The notes: generated by a model not told the origin, from the sequence alone. Shown: positions 51,107 through 61,871, numbered from the stretch's first letter. The stretch is DNA of 64,000 nucleotides from an uncultured Chloroflexia bacterium (GCA_963765765.1 CAVXYC010000020.1:160001-224000), one strand, 5' to 3'. Translations and numbers: made by a program.

Positions 51107-52489
51107 AGCGTGCGGCCTCCCTTCCTGCTATTCGGCCGAAGACAGATCCAATGGTGAGTCCAAAGCCGGCAAGGTAACCGCGGCCAAGAATATTGCCCGC
51201 CATCACTTCACCAGCGGCGAACATGTTCTCCGACGGCCTGTCATCTTGCATCACAACCCGAGCCTGCTCATCCACATTGACGCCGAGGTAGGTGAACGTG
51301 ATCCCCGGCCGCAGCGGATAGGCAAAGAATGGGGGAGTGTCCACAGGCACCGCCCAATGACTCTTGGGCGGGTCGATGCCTTCGGTGTGGCAGTCGTCCA
51401 GGACACTTGAATCGAAGGTGCCTGGTTTGATCGCGGCGTTGAACTCATCCACCGTCTGACGCAAGTGCCCCCCGTCGAGCTCCAGATGGCCGGCCATCTC
51501 ATCAAGCGAAGCCGCCTCAATCGGAGGAAACACCGACGGCATAAAACGGCCCATCGCCTTGGAATCCACGATCGAATAGGCGATCTGGTCTGGCTCGCGA
51601 GCAATAAGCCCGCCCCAGATAGCGTAGCGTTTGGGCCAGAAATCTTCGCCCTCGTCATAGAAGCGCTCGGCGTTCCGATTCACCACCAGGCCGAACGGTA
51701 CGCTATCCAGACGCGTCACGATTCCGCCGTCGAACTTCGGGGCTCGCGCGTCCACAGCCACGGCGTGGAACTCCCGCTCGTTCCCGTGTGGCTTGGCACC
51801 ATGCTCCAGTAACGACGCCAGCATCTTGCCGTCATTGGCTCGAGCGCCGCGAATGATGAAGTTGTCCGCCGCATCGCCCCAGTAGCGCTTGAGCCACTCG
51901 ATGTTCGCCTCGAAGCCGCCAGACGCGACCACTACGGAGTTGGCCCGAACCTCGGCTTCTTCACCTCGATATGTGACGTTGGCGCTCTCAAAGCGACCGT
52001 TGCGGATGTTCAGAAATCGTGCTTCCGTGTCATAGAGGATGCGCACGTCCAGCTTCTGAGCGTGAGCGTAGTAGGCGTTGATCATCGCCTTGCCGCCGCC
52101 CAGGAAGAACGCGTTGGTGCGGGCGAGGCCGAGGGTCGCCTTCAACGGCGGCTGGAACATGACGCCATGCGCCGGCATCCAGTCGCCTAAGTCCTCGGAG
52201 CCGCGCAAGACGATGCGTGCGAGGTGCTCGGTAGTCTCGCCGTGCGTGACCCGTACGAGATCGTCCCAGAACTCGTCCTCGAGGTAGGGTCCGGTGACGT
52301 ACTGGGTGGCGCCCTCATGCATGTATCGGATGTCGCGCGTGTGGCGGCTATTGCCCCTCGCGTGTGGTCCGCGGCGCCCTCGATTAGCAGCACGCTGGCG
52401 CCGCCCTCCGCCGCGCTGATCGCGGCGCACAGCGCGGCATTCCCGCCCCCAATGACCAGCACGTCTGGAGGACTATCGAAGAGCGTCAC
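51093..52489 (-). CDS. tcuA: FAD-dependent tricarballylate dehydrogenase (frameshift ~52360)
   Basis: GGGNAALCAA, RGNSRHTR, FFLGGGKA, EDFWPKRYAIWG and GNILGRGYLAG. Adjacent to tcuB. Confidence 0.93.
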
Positions 52490-52541
52490 GTGTTCTCACT
52501 ATCCCCTCAATCATTTCCCGGCCGCGTGGACAATCCTGCCA

Positions 52542-52641
52542 CGTCCGAGCGGCGACCGTAAGCGAGCGGTCCTTCTGCGACCACAACCGACCACCGGGAT
52601 CACGCGAGAAGAACCGCTCGCTTACAGTCGCCGCTCGGACG
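52542..52641. repeat. REP-like inverted repeat (CCGAGC.GCGACCGTAAG.GAGCGG family)
   Basis: CGTCCGAGCGGCGACCGTAAGCGAGCGGT ... ACCGCTCGCTTACAGTCGCCGCTCGGACG. Confidence 0.85.
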
Positions 52642-52665
52642 GTGCTGTCGATCGCAGAGCTTAAC

Positions 52666-53778
52666 CTACGCTGGCACGGCCAGCAATTCGCGCATTCTGG
52701 GTGTCACACCGCTTTTTGCGCACTCTTGTTCGTAGAGATCAAGGATGCGCGGGTCCTCATCTTCGTATTCCACCTGGTGGCCGCCGTCCTTCACAGATTT
52801 GTCCATGGCCTCGTAGCCGGCTCGCTGCCAATCGAAGACACGGTAGCGAGCGCCACCGAATGCGAGCGCCAGGTAACGGGATGAAGCATTGGCGGTATTG
52901 AAGTGCTGGTGGAAGGTCGGCCCGTCCGGCGGCGCGTAAAGCGTTCCCGGCTTCCAGTCCACACGGACCGTATTTAACGGATCCTCGCCCTCCTGCCAGA
53001 GCAAGCTATAGCCATGACCCGTTACGCACCAGATGTGATATCCCGCGCCATGACGGTGCGCCTTCTTATACGTGCCCACTTCAAACTCTGAGATGTGCGC
53101 ATGCATGGTGCTGTCTGCCAGGCAGAACTGCACGTTACGACTGCCGCCGCCAGCGCCACGCTCTTTCCATTCGGGAAGCTGGAAGCTGGTCAGGTCGGCG
53201 ACGAAGTTGGTTTCCCACTGATGCCGACCGGGCTTGACCGCACGGAACTCGCCTTCGCCGGTGAAGTATCGAGCCTCCTTGGCGCGCTCACTGAAGTCGA
53301 AGTCGTTGTCAAAAACGAATCGCGGGCTGTGCATAAGATTCAGGATCAGCGGAAGGTTTGTCAACGCCGCGAAGCGCGCCGGCTCAGACCCCGATCCATT
53401 GAAGTGCTGGTGCGGCGCATTCATCGGGATACCGAACAGGCTACCGGGACCCCACTCAAATGTATGGCGTAAGCCACCGGGCATTTCCACGGTCGTGGCG
53501 CCCCGGCCGGACACCACATAGATGACCTTGTCATGCATGTGTTTCTCGGGCTTCAGATGCCCACCCGCTGGAATCTCCGCGAGGTAACACGAAGCCAGAT
53601 CACCCCGGCCAGCCAGGTGAATGTACGCGCCCAGTCCACCGAGCCGTTCCCACGGCTCCAGCGGCAGCGTCAGGCAGTCGACCGCATAGGCCTCAACAAT
53701 GGGTATGCCCTCCGTCTTGAGGAAGTCACCGTATGAATCGATTTGGTAGAAGGGGTTAACGCCGGGCTGATCTGACAA
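52666..53778 (-). CDS. Bicupin protein, copy 1
   Basis: Two cupin modules: KHMHDK..YV.SGRG...HQHFN and AHRHG...HQHFN. Confidence 0.85.
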   Translation of the reverse strand: MSDQPGVNPFYQIDSYGDFLKTEGIPIVEAYAVDCLTLPLEPWERLGGLGAYIHLAGRGDLASCYLAEIPAGGHLKPEKHMHDKVIYVVSGRGATTVEMPGGLRHTFEWGPGSLFGIPMNAPHQHFNGSGSEPARFAALTNLPLILNLMHSPRFVFDNDFDFSERAKEARYFTGEGEFRAVKPGRHQWETNFVADLTSFQLPEWKERGAGGGSRNVQFCLADSTMHAHISEFEVGTYKKAHRHGAGYHIWCVTGHGYSLLWQEGEDPLNTVRVDWKPGTLYAPPDGPTFHQHFNTANASSRYLALAFGGARYRVFDWQRAGYEAMDKSVKDGGHQVEYEDEDPRILDLYEQECAKSGVTPRMRELLAVPA

Positions 53779-53854
53779 TGTTGATGGTCCTTGTTTTCAG
53801 TTCGGGGACTATTGCGTCCCAGGTTCGAATTCGAGCTCCAACCAACTGAATCCG

Positions 53855-53943
53855 TGTCATCCTGAGCGTCTAGCGAAGGATCTATCCCGCCGAAGTCCTT
53901 GAGCCCGTTGGGATAGGTCCTTCGCTAGACGCTCAGGATGACA
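53855..53943. repeat. REP-like inverted repeat (TGTCATCCTGAGCG family), copy B
   Basis: 34-bp arms at 53855-53888 and 53910-53943 with one mismatch. Same family as 8376-8458. Confidence 0.9.
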
Positions 53944-53949
53944 GGGCGC

Positions 53950-55074
53950 TCACATTCGCCGCCCTACGACGCGCGCCAAGAACTGCTGCATCTGCGGCTC
54001 CACGCCGTTCTTCGCGCACTCCTGACGATAGAGATCGAAGATTCGCGGATCCTCGTTCTCGTACTCAATCTGGTTGCCGCCCTCGTCGGTGGACTTGTCC
54101 ATGTTCTCGTAGCTCGCCTTGCGGCTCTCAAACACCTGGTAGCGCATCCCGCCAAACCCCAGCGCAAGGTATCGCGACGAGGCGTTCGCGGTATTGAAAT
54201 GCTGGTGATAGGTGGGTCCGTCCGGCGGCGCGTACAGCGTGCCTGGCTTCCAATCCACCCGTACTGTGTCGACGGGATTCTCACCCTCCCGCCAGAGCAG
54301 CGAGTAGCCGCCGCCCGTGACACAGAAAATGTGCGCGCCAGCCCCATGACGATGCGCCTTTTTGTATTTGCCGATACCAAACTCGGAGATGTGTGCGTGC
54401 ATCGTGCTGTCGGCCAGGCAGAACTGGATGTTCCTACCGCCTGCGCCTCGTGCTTGCCACTCAGGAAGCTGGAAGCTTGTCAGGTCAGGAACGAAGTTCG
54501 TCTCCCACTGATGTCGTCCTGGCTTGACCGATCGGAACTCACCCTCGCCCGCGAAGTAGCGCGCCTCTTTGGCCCGCTCACTGAAGTCGAAGTCGTTATC
54601 GAAGATGAATCGCTCACTGTGAAAGAGGTTGATGAGAATCGGCAGATTGGTCACTGCCGCGATGCGTGTAGGCTCCGAGCCGGATCCGTTGAAATGCTGG
54701 TGAGGTGCGTTCATCGGAACGCCGAAGAGGCTGCCCGGCCCCCATTCGAATGAATGCTTTACGCCGCCCGGCATCTCGACGGTTGTCGCGCCACGACCAG
54801 AAATCACATACATGAGCTTGTCATGCATGTGCTTCTCGGGCTTCAGATGGCCACCGGCGGGGATCTCAACGAGATAGGAGCTCAGCATGTCGCCGCGACC
54901 GACCAGGTGAATGTAGGCGCCCAGTCCGCCAAGGCGGTTCCACGGTTCCAGAGGTTGTGTGAGACAGTCGACGGCATACGCTTCGATAACTGGAATGCCC
55001 TCCGACTTCACGAAATCGCCGTAGGAATTCACCTGGTAAAAGGGATTCACGCCCGGCTGGTCAGACATCGTCAT
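53950..55074 (-). CDS. Bicupin protein, copy 2 (tandem paralogue)
   Basis: Colinear with and highly similar to 52666..53778. AAGGAGG RBS. Confidence 0.85.
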   Translation of the reverse strand: MTMSDQPGVNPFYQVNSYGDFVKSEGIPVIEAYAVDCLTQPLEPWNRLGGLGAYIHLVGRGDMLSSYLVEIPAGGHLKPEKHMHDKLMYVISGRGATTVEMPGGVKHSFEWGPGSLFGVPMNAPHQHFNGSGSEPTRIAAVTNLPILINLFHSERFIFDNDFDFSERAKEARYFAGEGEFRSVKPGRHQWETNFVPDLTSFQLPEWQARGAGGRNIQFCLADSTMHAHISEFGIGKYKKAHRHGAGAHIFCVTGGGYSLLWREGENPVDTVRVDWKPGTLYAPPDGPTYHQHFNTANASSRYLALGFGGMRYQVFESRKASYENMDKSTDEGGNQIEYENEDPRIFDLYRQECAKNGVEPQMQQFLARVVGRRM

Positions 55075-55141
55075 GGCGTCCTCCTTGTGCGTGCTAGTTA
55101 AGTGCACCGTCCTGTTCCGCCGCGCTCGTGTAATGGAAATT

Positions 55142-56005
55142 CTAGCCTGTCCACGCGTCGCGGAATGCGCACAAGCCGTTCAGATGATCGTCGATCGATT
55201 CGCAACCGGTGTTCAGCGTATTCGCTGTGAGGTACGTCGCCCCGGCCGCCTGCCACGCTTGCCCTGCCTTCACGGCGGCGTCGATGCCGCCGGGCACGAT
55301 CTTGGCGCCCGCGTCTACCCCAAATCTACCTACTTCGCGGCCTTCTTCGGCGAGAACACCTGCGACTCGATCCATGAAAGGAGCGATCTGGTCGGGTGTC
55401 AGCTGCTGGGGCATGAAGCCGTCGGCAATGCGAGCCGCGCGTCTAAGTACGACATCGGCTCGCCCACCCAGCCAGAGCGGTATGTGCCCGCCTTGGGGGC
55501 GAGGCGCAATCCCGGCTCGATCTATGTGATGGTACTCGCCGTTGAATGTGACGCTTTCCGTTGACCAGAGCGCGCGCATCACGGCTACCTGCTCTTCGAA
55601 CCGATGTCCGCGAGTCTTGAACGTCTCGCCAAGCCCTTCCATCTCGATCTCATTCCAGCCGACTCCCAGACCGAGGCGTAGACAACCGCCGGACAAGACC
55701 GAAATCTCCGCGGCTTGCTTCGCTACGAGCGGCGCTTGCCGCTGCGGCAGCACGAGCACTCGGCTGACCAGCTCGAGGCGCTCCGTACACGCGGCGAGAT
55801 ATCCGAAGAGCACAAAGATCTCATGGAACTCGTCCTTCAAGGAATACGCGCCGGACCAACCAGGACGGTCTGCATCAACACCGAGGACGTGATCGTAGAC
55901 CGCCAGGCAGTCATACCCCAGCGATTCGACTGTCTGCGCGAACCGGCGGATGTCGGCAGGATCGTTACCGATCTCTGTCTGTGGAAATACGGCCCCAAGT
56001 TTCAT
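55142..56005 (-). CDS. LLM-class F420-dependent oxidoreductase
   Basis: FPQTEIG, YDHVLG, LPQRQ and GLGVGWN. Confidence 0.9.
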   Translation of the reverse strand: MKLGAVFPQTEIGNDPADIRRFAQTVESLGYDCLAVYDHVLGVDADRPGWSGAYSLKDEFHEIFVLFGYLAACTERLELVSRVLVLPQRQAPLVAKQAAEISVLSGGCLRLGLGVGWNEIEMEGLGETFKTRGHRFEEQVAVMRALWSTESVTFNGEYHHIDRAGIAPRPQGGHIPLWLGGRADVVLRRAARIADGFMPQQLTPDQIAPFMDRVAGVLAEEGREVGRFGVDAGAKIVPGGIDAAVKAGQAWQAAGATYLTANTLNTGCESIDDHLNGLCAFRDAWTG

Positions 56006-56180
56006 TGCATATCTCCCAGGAATCGCGGATCCATCCACCGGCGTCTCGGGCCGTCAAGCAGTTCTCAAGCGCCCGATCCACAGCGACGCGTTGTCCGGGC
56101 CGAACTATATCAAGGGTCTTGTTTGACACCAGACGAGTACACTTGAAGTGAGTACGCATTCACTGTTCTGGAGATCTTTA

Positions 56181-58742
56181 ATGCTGAGCGAGGCCGAATC
56201 TTTCGCCGACTCCTACCGCCTTCCGCGCAATGTGATTCCAAATCACTACGACCTCGCGATCTCCGTGAACCTCGAGGAGGGCTCGTTTACCGGCTCTGAG
56301 CGTATCGATATCAGCGTCATGGATCCTTCTACTCAGGTGACCATGAACGCAGCCGAGCTAACCGTGGAGACCGCCTCGATCACCGGGACCGACGGACAAA
56401 CGCAAGCTGCGCAAGTCTCGGTGGATGCCGAGAACCAGCGCATATCGCTCACAACCGAAAATTCTGTGCCAGTGGGTGAAGCTCAGATTCACATCAAGTT
56501 TGCCGGCGTGCTGAGCGATCGACTGCATGGCTTTTATCGAAGCACCTACCGCGATACGAACGGTGAAGAGCAGATCATCGCCACAACGCAGTTCGAGCCG
56601 ACAGATGCTCGTCACGCCTTCCCATGTTGGGACGAACCGGATCTCAAAGCGACGTATCAGCTCGCACTCGAGATCCCGTCTAACCTGACAGCCATCTCCA
56701 ACACGGCAATCGAGTCGGAGACCGAGCTAAGCGGCGGCCGAACCCGAGTGCAATTCGGTCGAACGATGAAGATGTCCACGTACCTCGTGGCGTACGTCGT
56801 TGGAAAACTTGTGGCGACGGAACCCGTAACGGTCGGTAATGTGCCGCTGCGCGTCGTCTGCGTTCCTGGTAAGGAGCATCTCTCGCAGTTCGCGCTCGAT
56901 GTCGGTGCATTCTCGCTCGACTTTTTCGCCAACTACTATGGAATCCCGTACCCGGGCGACAAAGTCGACCTCATTGCCATTCCGGACTTCGCCTCTGGCG
57001 CTATGGAGAATCTGGGGGCAATCACGTTTCGGGAGACGGCGCTTCTGGCCGATCCTGCAGTTTCCGCTCGAGGTGACCTGGAGCGCGTCGCTGACGTCGT
57101 TGCCCACGAGCTCGCCCACATGTGGTTTGGCGACCTGGTCACGATGCGATGGTGGAACGGAATCTGGCTGAACGAGGCCTTCGCAACGTTCATGGAGATG
57201 CTGGCAGTCGACGCGTTCAAGCCAGCCTGGAACCGATGGACAAGCTTCGGCCTCAGCCGATCGGCCGCCATGGCAACTGACAGCCTGGCCTCAACCCGGC
57301 CTATCGAATACCCGGTGCGGCTGCCTTCAGAGGCCGAGGGCATGTTCGACATCCTGACGTACGAGAAGGGCGGCGCGGTGCTGCGCATGCTGGAGCAGTA
57401 CATCGATCCGAAGGTCTTTCAGCAGGGCGTGTCGCAGTATCTCGAAGAGCACGCGTACGACAATACCGAAACGACCGATCTGTGGGATTCAATTGAGGCA
57501 GCCTCCGGTCAACCAGTTCGCAAGATGATGGATACCTGGATCTTCCAGGGCGGGTATCCGCTGGTGACAGTAGAACGCGAAGGAAACCAGCTTCGCGCTT
57601 CCCAGCGACGCTTCCGGTATCTTCCCGAATCGAATGGCGAGGCACACTGGGACGTGCCGATTATGGTCCGCTCCGGCGGAACCGCGGGGGGAACGACGCA
57701 GCGTGCACTCATGACCGAATCCAGCGTGTCGATTCCGCTGGACGATCCCGATGCACCGCTAGTGGTGAATCCCGGCGGTCACGGCTTCTACCGAGTACGC
57801 TACTCCCGCGAGCTCCTGGACCGACTCACGTCGAATATCCAGTCGCTCGACGCCATTGAGCGATTTAATCTGGTGGCCGATACCTGGGCCAGCACCGTTG
57901 CCGGGTTGAGTCCCGTGGCGGATGCGCTTGCGCTCGTAAGTGGGCTGGGAGGCGAACGAGACCGAAACGTCTGGCGCTCTGTGCTCGATATCCTCGGCTA
58001 CATCAGCAGAAGCCTGGAGGATTCGCAGCTTCCAGGGCTCCAGCGACAAGTCCGTGATCTTATCCAGCCAGCGCTTGACGCCATTGGCTGGGATCCGCGC
58101 CTGGGCGAATCTGAGGACGACAGTCAGCTTCGCGCAACCCTTGTTAGGGGACTGGCAGTGCTCGGGAACGACCCAAAGGCGCAGGAAGAAGCAAACGCGC
58201 GCTTCCAACGCTACCTGGACGATCCGCGTTCGGTGGATCCAAACCTCGTACCGGCGCTGATCGGCGTCGCGGCCTTCACGGGCGACGAAGCAGAATACGA
58301 GCGTTTTGTGGAACGTTACACAAAGGCAAGAACACCTCAAGAGGAGCAGAGGTTCTTGTTCGCACGCTCTGAATTCCAACAGCCCGAGCTTCTTCGGCGC
58401 ACGCTCGAAGACAGCCTGACGGATGCCGTTCGTACACAGGACGCTCCCTATCTCATCGCCGCGGTCATGATGAACCGAGATGGCTCAGAGCTCGCATGGA
58501 GATTTGTGAAGGAACACTGGAGGGAGATCAATCAGCGCTATCCCGCCAACACCATCCCACGCATGAGCGCGGCCATCACTGCCCTGGTCCGGCGCCACCT
58601 CTATGAGGACGCCAGGAATTTCTACAACGAAAATCCCGTTCCACAAGCAGGCAAGATGATCGAGCAATACCTCGAGCGCCTGCTCGTGGCAGTAACGTTC
58701 CGCGAGCGCGAAGCGTCCGCCCTTTCGACCGCGTTCGCCTGA
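56181..58742 (+). CDS. M1 family aminopeptidase
   Basis: TQFEPTDAR, GAMEN, HELAHMWFG...LNEAFA and YEKG. Confidence 0.96.
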   Translation: MLSEAESFADSYRLPRNVIPNHYDLAISVNLEEGSFTGSERIDISVMDPSTQVTMNAAELTVETASITGTDGQTQAAQVSVDAENQRISLTTENSVPVGEAQIHIKFAGVLSDRLHGFYRSTYRDTNGEEQIIATTQFEPTDARHAFPCWDEPDLKATYQLALEIPSNLTAISNTAIESETELSGGRTRVQFGRTMKMSTYLVAYVVGKLVATEPVTVGNVPLRVVCVPGKEHLSQFALDVGAFSLDFFANYYGIPYPGDKVDLIAIPDFASGAMENLGAITFRETALLADPAVSARGDLERVADVVAHELAHMWFGDLVTMRWWNGIWLNEAFATFMEMLAVDAFKPAWNRWTSFGLSRSAAMATDSLASTRPIEYPVRLPSEAEGMFDILTYEKGGAVLRMLEQYIDPKVFQQGVSQYLEEHAYDNTETTDLWDSIEAASGQPVRKMMDTWIFQGGYPLVTVEREGNQLRASQRRFRYLPESNGEAHWDVPIMVRSGGTAGGTTQRALMTESSVSIPLDDPDAPLVVNPGGHGFYRVRYSRELLDRLTSNIQSLDAIERFNLVADTWASTVAGLSPVADALALVSGLGGERDRNVWRSVLDILGYISRSLEDSQLPGLQRQVRDLIQPALDAIGWDPRLGESEDDSQLRATLVRGLAVLGNDPKAQEEANARFQRYLDDPRSVDPNLVPALIGVAAFTGDEAEYERFVERYTKARTPQEEQRFLFARSEFQQPELLRRTLEDSLTDAVRTQDAPYLIAAVMMNRDGSELAWRFVKEHWREINQRYPANTIPRMSAAITALVRRHLYEDARNFYNENPVPQAGKMIEQYLERLLVAVTFREREASALSTAFA

Positions 58743-58859
58743 TCATCTGATCTGAAAGGAATTCCGCCATGCTCTTCCGAAAGAGAATGTTGGTTGGCTC
58801 GGAATCTCGCAACCGATGTTCGAGTTAGACATTGTGAACAGGCAGGTGGAGTGATCACC

Positions 58860-60122
58860 ATGCGCGTAGCCATGCTAAGCGTTCACACATCTCCACTCGC
58901 TCCGCTCGGCGGCTGGGAAACGGGCGGTATGAATGTGTACGTTCGTGAGCTTTCCCGCACCCTCGGGGAACGCGGCATCGCAGTCGATGTGTTCACGAGG
59001 CGGCAAGACTCAGCCCTGGACACCATCAGTGCAATTGGCCCTAACGCACGGCTCATCCAGCTCGACGCTGGCCCGCCACGACACTTCGATAAGTACGCAG
59101 TCCTTGAATATCTGCCCGACCTCGCCTGCAACCTCCAGCGGTTTCGCAACTTCTCAGGTGCACAATACGACGTGATTCACGCGCACTACTGGCTTTCAGG
59201 GCGACTCGCCCTTCCATTCCGAGACCGATGGCGAGCGCCGCTGGTGAGCACCTTTCACACCCTGGGCCGGATGAAAAACGACGTGGCCCAGGATGACGCG
59301 GAGCGCGAAGAGGCGGACCGAATCGACATCGAGCGGCGAGTCATGACGTGCTCCGATCACGTGATCGCCTCGACTCCCGTTGATGAATCGCAGCTCGTAA
59401 AGCTCTATGGAGTCCAGAGCTCAAAGATCTCGGTGGTTTCACCTGGAGTTGACCTGGAGAAGTTTCGACCCTACCGCAAACGCTCGGCGCGAGCTCGATT
59501 AGGTTTTGGAGAAGGTCCGCTGGTGCTTTTCGTTGGCCGTATCCAGCGACTCAAAGGTATCGACATCCTGCTCCGGGCCATCGCGGCACTCGATGAGTAT
59601 TCGCCTGGCTTGCGTCCCACCGTCGCGATAGTGGGCGGAGCGCCCGATCAGGAAAAGGTGGACGCAGAACGACGAGAGATGGAGAGACTCGCCCAGCTCA
59701 GCAAGTCTCTGGGGATCGAGGATCTCGTTGACTTTATGGGAAGTGTCCCGCAGGAAGATCTGCCGAGCTACTACGCCGCGGCCGACGTGACGGTCATGCC
59801 GTCAACATACGAATCATTCGGCCTTGTCGCGCTGGAATCCATGGCGTGCGGGACACCAATTGTGGCCACACGTGTTGGCGGCCTCTCCACGCTCATACGC
59901 GATGGCGAGACAGGCTTCCTGGTGCCCTGGCGCGATCCGTCACTTTTCGCACAGCGGATAGCCACCGTGCTGACGGATGGATCGCTGCACAAGCGTATGC
60001 GACGCCGCGCCCGCGAGCACGCATCCGGCTACGGTTGGTCAGCGGCGGCGGAGGCTACTGTAGCGGTGTACGGGCAGCTGGTCAACAGCCGCGTGGCTCT
60101 GGAGCCCACCGCGTGCATCTGA
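58860..60122 (+). CDS. GT4 glycosyltransferase, MshA-like
   Basis: HTSPLAPLGG.ETGGMNVYV, HAHYWLSG, FHTLG and YESFGLVALE. Confidence 0.85.
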   Translation: MRVAMLSVHTSPLAPLGGWETGGMNVYVRELSRTLGERGIAVDVFTRRQDSALDTISAIGPNARLIQLDAGPPRHFDKYAVLEYLPDLACNLQRFRNFSGAQYDVIHAHYWLSGRLALPFRDRWRAPLVSTFHTLGRMKNDVAQDDAEREEADRIDIERRVMTCSDHVIASTPVDESQLVKLYGVQSSKISVVSPGVDLEKFRPYRKRSARARLGFGEGPLVLFVGRIQRLKGIDILLRAIAALDEYSPGLRPTVAIVGGAPDQEKVDAERREMERLAQLSKSLGIEDLVDFMGSVPQEDLPSYYAAADVTVMPSTYESFGLVALESMACGTPIVATRVGGLSTLIRDGETGFLVPWRDPSLFAQRIATVLTDGSLHKRMRRRAREHASGYGWSAAAEATVAVYGQLVNSRVALEPTACI

Positions 60123-60196
60123 GCGGCCGACGAGTCTCCAAGCCTCCTGCCCTCCTCCAGCTCAATCCATACATTCCATGCGTGAGTCATCGTTAA

Positions 60197-60973
60197 ATGA
60201 CCAGTCAGCAGGACGTCGTAGCCGCGCTGGAGGAGATCGCTCCAGCGTGCCTGGCTGAGCCGTGGGACAACGTTGGCTGGCAGGTTCGATGTGACACAAG
60301 CTCCATTACTGGCCTGCTCTGCGCCGTTGATGTGACTGAGGCGGTGCTGGACGAGGCCGCTGCGCGAGGCGTAAATCTCATCATTGCGCATCATCCCACT
60401 CTATTCCATCCCCTGCGCAGCCTGGATGCTGAGTCACGGGTAGGCAGTGTGCTCACCAGGGCGGTGCAAATGAACATCTCGATCATCGCCGCGCACACGA
60501 ACTGGGACTCGGCTCCAGGTGGTATAAGCTGGGCGCTCACCAGGCATCTGGGACTCGACCCAATAGAACCGCTCATATCCTCCGATGTTCGTGAGGAAGC
60601 AGGTCTGGGGATCATCGCTAGGTCGCCAACGCCTCTGACGTCCGAGAGACTCGCCAACTGGGCTCGCCATGAGCTGGGCAGCTCCGTGATCTCAATGGTG
60701 GGCGAAGCTGATGGTCATGAGCGCGTTGCGCTTATGGGCGGCAGCGGCACAAGTGGGATCCTTCGAGCCGCAGAGATCGGCGCCACGCTCTACATTACGG
60801 CCGATGTGCGATACCATGATGCGCAGGAAGCCGAAGGGCTCGGACTATCTTTGTTGGTTATCGATCACGGCGCCAGCGAGCGTCCCGGCATGGCGGAGCT
60901 AGGACGTATCCTGGCCTCGCGTTTGGGAACGCCAGCGAATGTGTCCCAAACGCCCACATCACCATGGCGGTAA
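60197..60973 (+). CDS. Nif3-like dinuclear metal centre protein
   Basis: AEPWDNVG, AHHP, AHTNWD, TADVRYH and DHGASE. Confidence 0.93.
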   Translation: MTSQQDVVAALEEIAPACLAEPWDNVGWQVRCDTSSITGLLCAVDVTEAVLDEAAARGVNLIIAHHPTLFHPLRSLDAESRVGSVLTRAVQMNISIIAAHTNWDSAPGGISWALTRHLGLDPIEPLISSDVREEAGLGIIARSPTPLTSERLANWARHELGSSVISMVGEADGHERVALMGGSGTSGILRAAEIGATLYITADVRYHDAQEAEGLGLSLLVIDHGASERPGMAELGRILASRLGTPANVSQTPTSPWR

Positions 60974-60981
60974 ATATATAG

Positions 60982-61683
60982 ATGCGACCAATTGACCAGC
61001 TTCTCCCACTCCAGCGACTCGATACGACGCTGGATGGGATTGAACGGCGATTGAATGAGATTCGAGCGGAGCTCCTGGACCGGTCAACGATTCAGGAGAT
61101 CGAAGCGCGACAGGCCGAAGCGGATACCACTCTCTCGTCATTCGAAGCCGATCAGAGAGACATCGATCTCGAGGCTGAGCAGCTTCGGACGAAGCTAAAA
61201 AACGAAGAGACGAAGCTCTACAGCGGAAAAGGCGGCAATCCCAAAGAGCTGAGCGCTCTGACTCAGGAAGTGGAGCAGACAAAGCGCCTTCTGAGTCAAT
61301 GCGAGGATCGGGTCATGGCTCTCATCGCTCAAGCGGATACGGCCAGGGCAGAACGGACCGCGATCACAAGCACGCTGGATCAGCTCAATGAAGAGCGAGC
61401 CGCGCGCGAGGTTGAGTTGAAGAACGAGGCCCGCGGGCTCCTTCGCCAACAGATACAGCTCAAGAAAGACATCGAGTCGGCCCGCGCAGACATCGATCCA
61501 ATGCACCTGCGTCAGTATGATCGTCTGCGTACGTCCAAAGGCGGACTGGCCGTTGTTGAGATTCGTCAGCGCATTTGTCAGGGCTGCCGAGTCTCGCTGA
61601 CCACTCGCGACGAGCATCGCCTGCGTGGCGACGATCTAGTGACTTGTGCGAGCTGCGGCCGAATCCTTTCCGGTAACGTCTAG
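60982..61683 (+). CDS. Coiled-coil C4 zinc-ribbon protein (DUF164-like)
   Basis: Long coiled coil followed by CQGC...CASCGRIL. Usual partner of Nif3. Confidence 0.9.
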   Translation: MRPIDQLLPLQRLDTTLDGIERRLNEIRAELLDRSTIQEIEARQAEADTTLSSFEADQRDIDLEAEQLRTKLKNEETKLYSGKGGNPKELSALTQEVEQTKRLLSQCEDRVMALIAQADTARAERTAITSTLDQLNEERAAREVELKNEARGLLRQQIQLKKDIESARADIDPMHLRQYDRLRTSKGGLAVVEIRQRICQGCRVSLTTRDEHRLRGDDLVTCASCGRILSGNV

Positions 61684-61833
61684 GCGGCTCGCTTTGGATC
61701 TCGCGGACATCCATATCCGATATCCACTTGCTCCTGCGTGTAAATTCGCCTTCCCCCTCGCGTAAACAAGAAAACGAGCGACCGAACCGCACCAGGCGAA
61801 AGGTAGGGTTCTTTTACGCTGTCGTTTCTTCCG

Positions 61834-61871
61834 CGATACGAGCACCTGCCTTCGATACGAGCACCTGCCTT
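61834..61871. repeat. Perfect 19-bp tandem duplication CGATACGAGCACCTGCCTT x2
   Basis: Read directly at 61834-61852 and 61853-61871. Confidence 0.9.
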
